64,000 bases of DNA from Lama glama (Eukaryota). The position numbers and the translations under genes were made by a program. Location: the NCBI GenBank assembly GCA_028534125.1, contig CM052817.1:90522001-90586000 (forward strand), read 5' to 3'. The notes under the pieces are model-generated. The model was given only the letters and a program-made list of their open reading frames with translations. It was not told the DNA's origin and ran no database searches. Positions within the stretch are counted from its first letter, which is position 1; the number at the start of each line of letters is the position of its first letter. Shown piece by piece: positions 15,265 to 27,879 of this stretch.

Positions 15265-15590
15265 TTGATGTCCAATAGAAGCCACTAGTCACGTGTTGAG
15301 TCCTCGAATGTGTCTCGCTCAAATTGACATGTACTGTAAGTATAAAATGTACACCAGATTTTGAAGACTTAGTATCAGAAAAGGAATGTAAATTATTTTG
15401 TTAATAATTTTTATATTAACTACATTCTTAAATGAAAGTATTTTAGATATATTTTATTAAACAAAATATATCATTAAAATTAATTCCACTATTCATTTTT
15501 ATGTTTTTAACATGACTACATGAACATTTAAAATTACCTCTGTGGCTTGCTTTTTGTGATTCCCATTACTTTTCTACTGGGCAGCACTGG
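15265..15590. mobile_element. MER33-like hAT-Charlie element
   Basis: tgtccaatagaa...tgtaagtataaaatgtacaccagattttgaagacttagta...ttaaaattac...gggcagcactg. Confidence 0.8.
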
Positions 15591-17062
15591 TCTGAAATAT
15601 CCTATTTGAAATACCCTTTGCCTGTTAAAGTTCAAAGCCTCTTTGTGATCTCTTCAAATTCCCAGATATTACATTTCCATGGTACTTTTGTCAAATATCT
15701 CCTCTATATACACTGTCTCCGTTTTGCTCTGTATTAGCTCAGCCAAAAACTCATAGCCTTTATCAGTTATTAATTTTAAGGGAAGGATTTATAAATGTAG
15801 GAACACTATTGGCAATTTATGGGCCAGAGTTGCATCTTAAGATCCCCTGCATTCTCTTTGCTTTCTTTTTCCCTTTATTTGTTCATTCTTCCTTTTCCTC
15901 TCCTTTCTTTTCGGTAACAAAATTTCTCTCCCTTTATCCTGCAAAGCAGTTTAGTAAGCATCACATTTTGTTTAAGCATGCTTTTGAGATCTGTCTCTCT
16001 CTCCCTGAAAATAAGCAAAGTTTCTCCTTAGGATGAAATCTCAGAAATAATTTTTTCCTCATCTTTTTACACTTGCAATACAAAGATGAAAGCCACTGGA
16101 GAGATTTTTAGTGTGTTCCCAATCTAGAGGGGGATATAGGGACACTAAAACAAAAATGAAAATGCAATATGAAAAGTGCCACGATCAAGCACCGCACAAG
16201 ATGCTGTAAGAACACAGGGAACCAACACCACTCATTGTTAATTATACAGATTAATAAGAGTAATCAGTAGCTGCATTGGTTTGGCTACATTCATGCTATG
16301 CCCTCGCCAAGGGACCACGGGACATTCATCATTCACTCTACCTCAACTTCTCTACTATAGAGATTTGCACATCTTAAATACAATTTCATAACAAAGCCCC
16401 TCATTTAAATAAAACCTTATGGAGAAATGCAAACCTATGATTCAAATAAAAGCATAGTTACTCTGATCTTGGTGAGAGGTGTGGAGTCCCATTGATTCAC
16501 TCCTCTCTGCTATTGGGAAATGCAGTAACCCACAGGGGTACTTTGAGGAGCACAGCGTAAAAACCATTGCTCAGTTGCCTGGGCTCCCAAGATATTCTGT
16601 TCCACCAATTTTCCATTTCTGACAAATCCTCCTCAGTCAACATGAAGGGCTGCTCTTTCAAACACCCCTAATACCAGCTTCCTGTTGTGTTTCTCACTCT
16701 CAGTCTCCCCTGATGTGTTTCCATCCAGCATGGCTTCAACTCTGCTTCCTAACAGCTGAAAACATCCAAATTTAAACTCCCAACACAATTTTCATCTAAG
16801 CTGCAGGTTCAGATAGCAACACACCTGCTAGATAGCTAGACATCTCCTGTCGGCTTGAAGTTCCACAGGCTCCTCAAACTCTCCACGCTCCACACCTCAC
16901 ACCTGAATGATTCTTCCTTCATTATGCCTCATGGCAGTCGATAACATCTTTCTTAAAGTCAGTTAAGTTAAATACATGGGAATGCTTTACTTTCTCTTTC
17001 ACTCATCCCACACTCTCTCCATAAATTACCAAGTCCTTGTAAATATTTTTTAGCACGTCCTG

Positions 17063-17535
17063 TGTGGTAGACAGAATAACGGCCCTTTAAAGATACTTCC
17101 AGCCTAATCCCCCAAACCTGTGAATATGTTACCTTATACAGCCAGAGGGACTTTGTAGATGTGATTCAGTTAAGGATGTTGAGATGAGGAGACCATCTCA
17201 TATTCTCTGGGTGAGCCAACCCCAGTGTGATCATAGTTTTTATAAGAGGTAGGCAGGAGGGTTATAGTCAGAGATGTGATAACAGATACAGAAATTAGAG
17301 TGATGCAAAGAAGAGGAAACGAGCCAGGGAATGCAGGAAATCTGGAAAAGGCAAAGAAACAAATTCTTCCCTAAAGCAAGCAGATGGAACATAGTTTTGC
17401 TGAAACCTTAATTTTAGCCCTATTCTATGACCCATTTCAGACTTCTGATCTCCAGAACTGTATGATAATGCATCTGTGTTGTTTTAAGCCATTAAGTATG
17501 TAGTGATTTATCATCACAGCAATAGGACCAATACA
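17063..17535 (+). mobile_element. MLT1D-like MaLR solo LTR
   Basis: Starts tgtggtagacagaataacggcc...ctaatcccccaaacctgtgaatatgttacctta; ends gttttaagccattaagt...cagcaataggaccaataca. Confidence 0.88.
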
Positions 17536-17804
17536 CCCCTTGTATCAGTCTCTATGTCCACCACCCTGGTTTGGTTCTTGTCATGTCTTGCCTAGAACAC
17601 TGTCACAACCTCTTTATTGTAGCACTTCTTACATGGTTCTCTAGAATTTAGTCTCTAATCACCACAGGGTTTTCTGAAAGCTTACCTTCCAACGAGTCAT
17701 ATAAAGATTTCTCACCAAGGCTGATGTAGTCCCATACGGCTTGACCTTTGGCTACTTCTCCAGCTTTATGCCTTTATTCCTGCCTCAAACACCATTTGAA
17801 GTCC

Positions 17805-18320
17805 TGTAACAGAGAAGAACAAACCTGACTCCATATTGGATCTATTCCTTTAGTTCTAACCCTTGTGCTCTTTTGCCTGTGCTGAGTCATGCTGGCTCTG
17901 TACCTTTGTAGAATACAGTTGCCTATAGCCTGAAATACAGGACAGCCCATTCTCAAGGCTCTCATCTTTAAAGGTGTAACACTTTTCCATTCACATAGGG
18001 ATAAACAGTTGCAGAACAGAGAATAATATTTGTCTTGTTGGAGATTTACAGGAACATTGTGACCAAACCTACATGGGCAGTTGCAAAAACAAAGATTTTG
18101 AGCACCAAGATGTTTGCAACAACCAGCACACTCCCTCCCCTTTTAGTATAAAAGAATTCTGAATTCTGACTTGGGTAAGATGATTTTTTGGGACATTAAT
18201 CAACCATCTTCTCAGTCTGCTGGCTTTCTGAATAAGGTCACTATTCCTTGCCCCAACAACTCATCTCTTGATTTATTGGCCTGTCGTGTGAAGAGCAGTA
18301 CAACTTTGGACTCACTAACA
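17805..18320 (+). mobile_element. ERV1-type solo LTR (~516 bp)
   Basis: TG...CA termini (tgtaac...ctaaca), 4-bp TSD gtcc/atcc, TATAAAA at 18147-18153, degenerate poly(A) signal near 18231. Confidence 0.85.
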
Positions 18321-19947
18321 ATCCCTGTGCACTCTGCACAATTTCTTCCTCCTTGGCGTTGTACACATTGCACCCCCAGCTGGAATGCTTTCCACAACCC
18401 CAAGCCTCTCTTACTTCTTTAGCCTGGTGAGACTTCAATGCTCATTTATTACTCATCCCTCCAATATCTCATCTCTATTCCCCTGAGGTATGATTATGTT
18501 TTAGTATTAAATGCACCCAGAAGACCCCATGCCTGCTTCTGTTGGGCCCTTATAATACTGTCTTATATCTGTCTATGGGTCTCTTTTTCATTAGCTACCT
18601 GAGGAAAACAGTGCTTTATCTTCGAGTACACAACACTCAACCTGGCACATAGTAGTTGTTTATCATTTGTTGAATGAATTAAGTTATCGAATTAAACTAC
18701 ATAATATTGTCCATCTATAAAAAGATCAGTTTCAAACAAAGGGAAGGGACTAATTTCACCGCAAATTGGAATAATATTGAGCAACTGTGATAGGAACATA
18801 TGTCACAAGTGAAAGAAATTTTAACGCATGTTGTAAAACACCACAATTCATTCTGTTGTTTATAACCTGGAAAATTCATCTAAGACAGGAAATATTGTGT
18901 AAAGGGAATCAGGGTTGCAATGGTAAATGTGCCGTTGAAAAGTATAAATTACCTTTGCATTGGTATGATACAGATAAGACTCGTATTTGGTCAATGAAGG
19001 AAAAGATTTTATAGGACAAAGCAGTCATTTAGAATCCATATTCATATTGGAACTCAAATCAAAGTCTTTGGAATGATCTTCTATTGCCACATTTATCTTA
19101 CTATGTAGCTGAAAGGTTAATAAGCCCATCTCAAGGCTTCTTTTTGTTGCTTCATTTGCTACAGAGTTAAAGGAAAATTGTGGAGAATATCTTATGATTC
19201 ATGTGATATATATATTTGAATATTATACTACCTGGAAACTTTAGATTATTAGGTCAAAAATTTTGTCAGGCAAGCTGAGAAGTGAGAAAGTTTGTTCTAT
19301 GCTTCATTTTTCTCTGAAATCTAGAAAACTGTTGTGAATTCCCTGGATAATGAAGCAGAGGACTTTGGTAACCCAGGAGTGAGATGGATGTCTCTTGCTA
19401 ACAAGGCAAACCAACGATCCTCTATTCTTCTTTGTTTTTTATGGGCCTCTGTCTTTTACAGGCCTCAGATGCATAAATAGCTAAAAAAAAGTGTGGTAAT
19501 TTACAACATGTATTGACAATTATTTCATTGGTACACACACTTCTATTACAGCTCCTCAGCATCACTTTAATTTCCTGTTAAATAATCCCCCTTCTATTCT
19601 AAAAACTGATTTGAATTGAACATATCATTATTGCAATATTACAGTTAATTTGTTAAAAACTGTTTTCTTTTGAAAATACCACTAAGCAGTTTCTCAGTTC
19701 ATGATCCTTCACCTTGATCAGCCTGTGCAGTCCCTCTCCTGGTTTTGTCACTGTCGTTGTGTTGTTATTGTTGTTAACTTCCCCCTATATCCACATCACC
19801 GTTCGCCTTGCCTTCCAAATTTCCCTCTTAGAATGCTTTAGCTGTCACCTAAAAATGCTGGCTTGTGGCTTTCTTCATTTTCATGTAGTTCTAAGTATTC
19901 TGTAACTTTTTTTTTTTTACCTAAGAGTTTCTTAGCAGTCTCTTTTT

Positions 19948-20781
19948 ATTTTTAAAACATTTTTTATTGAGTTATAGTCATTTTACAATGTTGTGTCAAA
20001 TTCCAATGTAGAGCACAATTTTTCAGTTATACATGAACATACATATATTCATTTTCACTTTTTTTTTTTTGCTGTGAGCTACCACAAGATCTTGTATATA
20101 TTTACCTGTGCTATACAGTATAATCTTATTTATCTATTCTACATACGTCTGTTAGTATCTACAAATTTTGAAATCCCAGTCTGTCTCTTCCCACCCCCTG
20201 CCCACTTGGCAACCACGTTTGTATTCTATGTCTATGAGTCTGTTTTCTGTTCTGTATTTATGTTCTTTATTTTTTTTTTAGATTCCACATATGAGCGATC
20301 TCATATGGTATTTTTCTTTCTCTTTCTCGCTTACTTCACTTAGAATGGCATTCTCCATGAACATCCATGTTGCTGCAAATGGCGTTATGTTGTCGTTTTT
20401 ATAGCTGAATAGTATTCCGTTGTATAAATATACCACTTCTTCTTTATCGAGTCATCTGTTAATGGACATTTAGGCTGCTTCCATGCTTTGGCTATTGTAA
20501 ATAGTGCTGCTATGAATATTGGGGTGCAGGTGTCTTTTTGAAGTAGGGTTCATTCTGGATATATGCCCAGGAGTGGGATTCCTGGGTCATATGGTAAGTC
20601 TATTCCTAGTCTTTTGAGGAATCTCCACACTGTTTTCCACAGTGGCTGCACCAAACTGCATTCCCACCAGCAGTGTAGGAGGGTTCCGTTTTCTCCACAG
20701 CTTTTCCAGCATTTGTCATTTGTGGACTCTTGAATGATGGCCATTCTGACTGGTGTGAGGTGATACCTCACTGTAGTTTTG
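19948..20781 (-). mobile_element. Young 5'-truncated L1 (ORF2 C-terminus plus 3'UTR) with TSD
   Basis: ORF 20550..20771 is the L1 ORF2p C-terminal Cys-rich region (RYHLTPVRMA...LLHCWWEC...[12 protein letters not shown]). 16-bp TSD ttagcagtctYttttt at 19932-19947 and 20782-20797. Confidence 0.95.
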
Positions 20782-21629
20782 TTAGCAGTCTTTTTTTAAG
20801 ATTACAGACATACACTCCTCTTAAAGCACTCCTTTAATGGTTAATTTCTAATTTTACTCTATTATTGTCATAGTCTCCTAGATACTGATTCCTTGAGACT
20901 TAATTGGCTTTCACTGAGTCCCAATAAGAACTCAGTTTTTGTGGCTGGTCCATGGGTGCTCAAAAATAATATTTACTTATCGGGTATTAAATACATACAT
21001 GTACATATACATATATACAATTTTATGTATAATTAATTAGATATATAGAATTGTGATTTTCTAACATTCTGTATGTTCCTGTCTTGTGTGTTTGACCTAA
21101 CCAATTTCTGAGGAAGTGATAGCATTTCCAACTAAAATTGGTAATTCAACCAAATCTCCCAGTTGTTATGTCCAGGGCTCACCCCTACTTCGCCTCTACT
21201 TAAAAAAAAAAATTTGAAACCAAGAAACACAGAGTAATGTGGAATTGTTAATTAGAAGTAAAATCATTTTTACAAGCTATGGCCTCAGGGCAGGGTTGTA
21301 GAAGTGAGGTCTGTAATTTGACTTGAATTGCCTTCCTGTTCGCGGGATTTTCCAGTGGTGAGAACCTGGCAAATTATACCTCCACTCTTAACATTTCCGC
21401 ACAGCTGGATAAGGCACTGTCCACGCGTGCACCATCCAGTCTGCCCTGTGACCTACGGGAATCCCAAAGGACCAGCAATACTCATCATCAATCCTTCCCA
21501 TCAGTTCTCCTACCGACGGAGGTTTCCTCTGCTTTTGCCCAGTAAACAAAGAAGATTCAGTACTTATGAATAGACTGAAAATAAAACATTTGGTGGTTGG
21601 AGAATAGGAATAATTTTTAAACGCTTTCA

Positions 21630-22155
21630 TTTAAAGACATCTAAAATGTGCCAGACACTTACTATGTGACTTCGGACAAACTGCTTGATTCCAACTTGCC
21701 TCATAAAGTTGTCATGAAGATTCAATGAGTTAGTAAATAGTGCTTAGAACAGGGCTAAAGGCATGTAGTATGTCTTCGTTAAACATTAGTTATTTTTATC
21801 TAATTGCTTGCTGCATTTCACTCTTCCTCCTCGTTCCAATTTCTTGATTTAGTCATGATTTATGTGAATGGGTGTCTGCGTATGTGAGGGGTGTGTGTGT
21901 GTGTGTGCTTCTGGAGAAAACCTTTTATAGTTAGTACTAGCTCCAGGAATTCTGCCTCCTCAAAACCCTTCACGCATTCAATTGTGCAGGAACCTGAACG
22001 CCACGCTTGGATTCCGCTTGGGGTTGGTTAGTAAATAGCACAAACTATTTACTAACTCACTGAATCTTCATGACAACTTTATGAGGCAAGTTGGAATTAA
22101 GCAGTTTGTCCAAAGTCATGTGGTATGTGTCTGGAACATTTTAGATGCCTTTAAA
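21630..22155. repeat. 112-bp inverted repeat (arms 21630-21741 and 22044-22155), MIR-like sequence
   Basis: Hand alignment gives 9 mismatches and no gaps over 112 bp. Confidence 0.93.
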
Positions 22156-22199
22156 AAAAAATTTGCGTTTTTGTCTGAGTTTTCCTCTTGCATCGGAAG

Positions 22200-22475
22200 A
22201 GATGCACAAACTCAGGCATTGTAGAGAGGCGGCCAGTATAGGGAAGAAGGGACGAATGACAGGGTCACACAGAGACAGAGATCAGAAATGGAGAGAGTGT
22301 CGCCTAGCTTCCTGTAGCTTCCAGTGCCAGACCTGGGGCCCTTTCTGAGGCCAGGCTGCATTCCTGACAAATGGGCCTTAGAGCCATGGCTCTATCCATA
22401 TCATAGGCCCTCTTTTGCTTCCATTACTTGAATTGGTTTCTGTTACTTGCATCTAAAAGTGTCCTAAACAATGTA
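22200..22475 (+). mobile_element. Old MLT1-like LTR fragment
   Basis: Ends 'ttggtttctgttacttgcatctaaaagtgtcctaa'. Confidence 0.5.
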
Positions 22476-25000
22476 ATATAATACATCACAACAACCTTGG
22501 TAAGGCTGAAACATGCTTATTAAAGGTGAGGATTGTGTCTCTGATGGCTTCCAGGATCAGGAGATAGAAGAGGAATCACTGTTTGACATCCTTTCATTTA
22601 CCACAGACCTGAAACCAGAAAGCCCAGAATGGCTGTCGACTTGACCAAAACATGAGAACTCGAGCATGACATCAGTGGAAGTATTCTGAAACTACAATAT
22701 ACCGTCATCATCCAAAACAGACATCCAGCTTCAATCCTGAGTCCTGGCAGGTGCCCCTATTCTTTCCCTGCTCAGTCCCCCTGCCTTGTTCCATTTCCCA
22801 CCCAGCTCGTCATGCTCACTCCCTGGGGGACATTCTTCTCTTTTCACATCCCCTCCAAGGGAAAGCCATTAAGTCACATCATCTTCAACTGCCAATCTTA
22901 TCCACCCATTTCATCAAAGAGTATGTTGAGTAGTTGACATTTTCCAGGTACCATGCTTAAGTCAAATTGTGTATACAAAATGCAAAAGACATGTTTTCTG
23001 AACCCATGAAGGTGCATTTCTATGCAGCATACTCTTAAGTGTGAAGGGCTGGGGAAAGAGGAGAGGGTTCCTTCCCATAGCTGATGTTTACTTCCATGCA
23101 GAAGGCACTGTGCTAGGGAAACACTCTTAGCCTCATTCTGGACGAGCAGTGTCTTACTCTTACTGGTGAGTTTGGAAAGAAAAAAGAAAAGCTGAGTGTT
23201 TGTGTTTTCTCTCTTGGGAGCCATCCTGACCTCAGAGGGCATTAATTCTGCTATGCCGCTCCACATCTTAAATTTTATAGCGTCAGAGACCCACGGGAAG
23301 AGGCCTCAAATGGTACAAGACTGCCTGCAGTGAGAGGAGTAAATCTCCCTAACCCTAGGGTTCAATGTTACAAAACCCACCTGCCCATAGCTATGAATCA
23401 CATTCTTCTCTCTTAGCTGCATCAGCAATAATGGCGATATTTTGTTCTCCTATCTGCCTTATAATTTTGACTTATGCCTTAATTGATTTATAATTCAAGT
23501 GGGGAAGAGAGGTGTTACTTATAAGCCCCCCCAAGAAAGTTAATGCTGTGTATCTCAAATCCTTTTTTCTCACCTGAGCTCTTGCCCTCTAATCTAAGGA
23601 TCAGGGAATGTCTCCAGATGGAATTTTCAGTACGTCAAATTGAGCGCATCCCAAATGGAAATGTGCTCCAACCGCTTCGTACCAGGAAACCAGGCATTTA
23701 CCACCAAGCATGTGTGTTAAGTCCATGCATTCAGGCTTGACAGCATGAGGTCACCTATGACTCCTCCTCTGAATCCTCTCTAGTAAGTCAGGCACAAAGT
23801 CTGGTTTCTCCTCCAGAATTTCTCATTCATCTGCCCTTTTAGCTCCAATCCCAGTCTAGACTTCTTCACAGCTGTTTACTGCAAAAGCTTGTCAGCTAGA
23901 TTTTGCTGATCCCAGAGTTTTCCTCATAAACTCTAGCAGAGCTGACAACCCTGCTCCGTTGCCACTCTGACTGTATGACTCCCTTCAGAAATGCCCTCAG
24001 CAGCTTCCATCTTCAGATCAAACTCATTTTCCTGATTCAAAGGCACCACTGTAAGTGGACGTGATACAATCAACCTCTCTGTATTTACTACCCTTGACTC
24101 TACTCAGACTTAACTCTTTTATTAACCAAAAGCATAGTGTGCTTTTAGCTCCTGCCTTTCATCAAATTGTAAACCACACACACATCATCATCATCCAAAA
24201 TCAGCTTCGACTCTCTTGACCATCTCCTCCAAATGTTTAAGGTCAAATGCAAAGCCCAACAAACATTTTCACAGTTAATCACACATTGTATTCAATTGTG
24301 TGTTCCTGTGGTTTATTACAAATTCTTCTTTATCCAAGCTGAATTACTGTGAGTTCTTTGGGCTGAAGAATAATGGTACATTTCCCATCCCATAAAGCTC
24401 ATTGTTAATCATATAGCTGAAACAAAATAAACATTTAATGACTGATTAACTTATAAATCAAGTAACTGTATTTACCTGAGAGATGGTTTGATTCAACAGT
24501 CTGAAATTTCAGAGGGATTTGATAATCAGAATTTCTACCCTGACCTCTCTGACTTTCTCTGTTGCCCGAGGCAAGGCATTTTAGCTATTTTGGACTCATT
24601 TTGTTAATCCAAAAATGGAAGTAAGACTTGTCATCTGTCTTATTCATAGAGAATGGTGAGGAGTATCCTAGTCAATGCAAAGCACATGGCTAATACAAAG
24701 TTTAATAAAAATGATAAATAACATCTATTACAAAATTGAACCATTGTTCAATTTCTTCTGCCCTTTCAGTCCTCTGATTCAATACTCTCTCACTGAAATC
24801 TGAGAGCTTTAATTTGAGAAAGTGTTTTACTAATAATCATAGACTTTCTACATTAACCTTTTCATATCATTAGGCACAACTGGATGATATCAAATTATTC
24901 TTTTAAGGAAATCAATATATCACTATAAGTGCATAAGAGAAACATCTGGTTAATGGAACTTCAGGATAGGGGAACTTGGGTATCAAAAACTGTATCAGAG

Positions 25001-27099
25001 CAAAATGGCAAAATGGATAGTTCCTGGCTTCAGTTCCCCTCACAGAAAGAGCAACTAGCAATTAACCCCAGGTAAGATGCTTTTGTGAAGATACCAAGAT
25101 ACCAGAACGTGGTGGTGAGGCTGAAGCATCCCCTTGAGCCAAAAACAAAAAACAAAACAAAACAAAACAAAAAAACACACATTAGAAGGGTAGGAAGGAT
25201 GGTTTTCCTTTGACCATGTCTCCCCTTCCCCAGGCCAGTATACCACCAACCTAGGAGGTCCTCCCTGGCCTATAGTTTCTCCAGTGGAGAAATCCAGGTG
25301 GACACCCAGCTTCCTCAGCATTCCAGAAGGCTTCCCAGGAAATCCATGTAGGTATGGCCTCACAGGGATAACTGAGGGAATCAGCTAGAGATGGAGAAGA
25401 GGAACAGAGCTCGCAATAACCAGTGCATAGATCCTGGCAGACAACATTTCTGCTGGCAGTGCGTCTGACCTCAGATCTCAGCCAGCGGCTCTGCCCATGG
25501 GCAGACCCAAGATGGTGGCCCTGCTGGCCAGAGAGCTTAGTAGGAAGTCCTGCCTGGTTTGGGTGTACAGCCAGCAGGCTGCCCCAGTGGCAGAATCCAT
25601 TCTCCAAAACTGCCGGGACAGTGAGGCAAGTCAGCAGCTCCACTCAACTGCTAGGCCTGGCCTCTAGCCCCGCCTGACTAGCAAAACCAGCCAGAGACTC
25701 TGGGCACTTGTGAAGCTCACGCTGGTTGCCCAGCTGAGGCCAAGAGCCAAGCTGGCAGCCCCGCCCAACTGCAGAACATAACTTTGAGCCCCGTCTGCAA
25801 GGGAGCCCAAACCATGAGCCTAGGCAGCCTCAAGCCGAGCCTACAATAATGCCTAATTGCTGAGCACAGCGAGCAGCCTCTTCCAGGCAGAGAGCCCAGC
25901 CGGCAACCTTGCCCAATCGTGGAACATACCCGTGGCCCCACCTAACCAGGAAGCTTGGACAGCAACACTTAGCGACCACGGATCACAGCCTCCAGCCCCA
26001 CGCAATTGCAAGGTACAGCTGGTGGCCCTGCTTAACCAGGGGTCCCAGCCAGAGACCTCGCCTTAGAATAGAGCCAACCAGCTTGATCACAGGCTACAGC
26101 CCAGCCTAAATACAGAGTCCCGCCAGTGGCCCCCTCCAGCTGGGAAGCACAGCCTGATGAATATAGATACAAAAATTCCAAAAAACAAAACCAAAAAAAC
26201 TCCAGCAAACGAAAATCAACATTAGAAGGATTGCACAAAATCACCAACTGGGATTTATTTCTGGGATGTAAAGAAGGTAAGATATGTACAAATCAATACG
26301 TGTGATTCATCACATTAATAGAATGAAAGATAAAAATCATGATCTTTTCAATAGACGCAGAAAAAGCATTTGCCAAAACAGAACATCCTTTCAGGATAAA
26401 AACTCTCAACAAGCTGAGCATAGAAGGAATATCCCTCAACATGATGAAGGTCATAGACAGCAAACCCACAGCTAACATCATCCCTAACTGGAAGTTTGTA
26501 TGTTTTTCCTCTAAGACAAAGAACAAGACAAGAGGGCTACTCTCACCACTCCTACTCAACATAGTAACAGAAGTCCTAGTCAGAGCAATTAGATAAGAAA
26601 CAGAAATAAAAGGAACCCAGAACAGAAAGGAAGAAGTAAAATTGTCTTCCGTTGCAGATGACATGATCATCTATTTAGTGAACTATAGATATTCCACCAA
26701 AAAATGATTACACAAATGTTCTCTGATCTCGCTTGTATGTAGGAACTAAAAAGTCAAATTCATAGAAAGTGGATTGGTGGCTACCAGGGGCTGAAGGGTG
26801 AGGGGAATGAGGAGATGGTTAAAGGGTAGAAGTTTTCTGTTATAAAATGAATACATTCCATGGATGTAATACACAGCATGGTGACTTAGTTAACAGTACT
26901 GTGTTGTATATACACTTGAAATTTGTTAATAGGTTTTAAATGTTGTCTCCATAGAAAAAATGTAACTGTGTGTGGTGACGGATGTGCTAACTAGCCTTAA
27001 TGTGGTAATCATTTCACAATACGTAGATTTATCGAGTCATCACATTGTACTAAACTCACACAATATTATTTGTCAGTTATATCTCAGTAAAGCTGGGGG
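25001..27099 (+). mobile_element. Internally deleted L1 (L1MA-like): 5'UTR, an RT fragment and 3'UTR, with 15-bp TSD
   Basis: TSD aaaactgtatcagag at 24986-25000 and 27100-27114. GC-rich 5'UTR starts caaaatggc. RT remnants (SIDAEKAF, LSPLLLNIVTEVLVRAIR, ADDM) at ~26153-26710. 3' end 'tgtcagttatatctcagtaaagctggggg'. Confidence 0.92.
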
Positions 27100-27879
27100 A
27101 AAACTGTATCAGAGAATTCCCTGCTTTCCATGGGAGTGTTCTTTAAATAATCTTATATAATTTTTCTTACTTTATTCCCCTAATTCCTTAAACAAAATTC
27201 TTTTTCTCTTCCTAGAAGAGCCACTTTTCATCCATTGTGAATGATGAAGAGTGGGAAAAAAAAGGAAAATTCATTCTTTGTATTTTTATAGAGCCAAAAA
27301 TAAATTCAAATATTTCTAGCATTGACATTTTTTATATTAAACCATTAGAGTCAAATGTACGATACCTTTACTTGTAAGACAATAACCCTATTAGCAATAG
27401 GTCATGTAAGGTAGATTTTGTGTAATGTTTTCATTTGGACAAAAAATAAATTTTCAAAGTTAAGATTAGCTTTAAAAATTATAGCACCAGAGGAGTATCT
27501 CTCAAAAAAAAAATTACAAGCCATTCTAGAGATGATAGTTAGTGAGTGTTCAATACTGTAGATCAGATGTAATCTAAGTTGGAAGAGAGGGGGAAACATA
27601 CTAAGGAGAGACAACAATAAAGTTCCTGGAAAAAAGATTTCCCTCCTTTGTTGATTACATATTCTGATAATTATTTTCACTTTCAATAATATGTGCAGGG
27701 CCTACTGCAGTTTACAAATACTTCTGGCAGTGTGAACTAATTAGGCAAAATAGAAGAATAATAGGAATGTAATAAAATAAATTCTTTTTTTACTATTGAA
27801 AGAATTCTATTTAGAAGTTTTAGGGGAGGGTAAGATTTGAAATGGTGGTAAGGTTCAGTGTTCACATTCTGTGTGGCTG

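Larger units (their letters stand above)
16600..18680 (+). mobile_element. Fragmented L2 interrupted by two LTRs
   Basis: L2-like segments at ~16600-17060, ~17535-17800 and ~18325-18680; ends 'cctggcacatagtagttg...ttgttgaatgaat'. Confidence 0.65.

Noticed and set aside
25055..26109. Cluster of ORFs on both strands
   Set aside because: All lie within the GC-rich L1 5'UTR.
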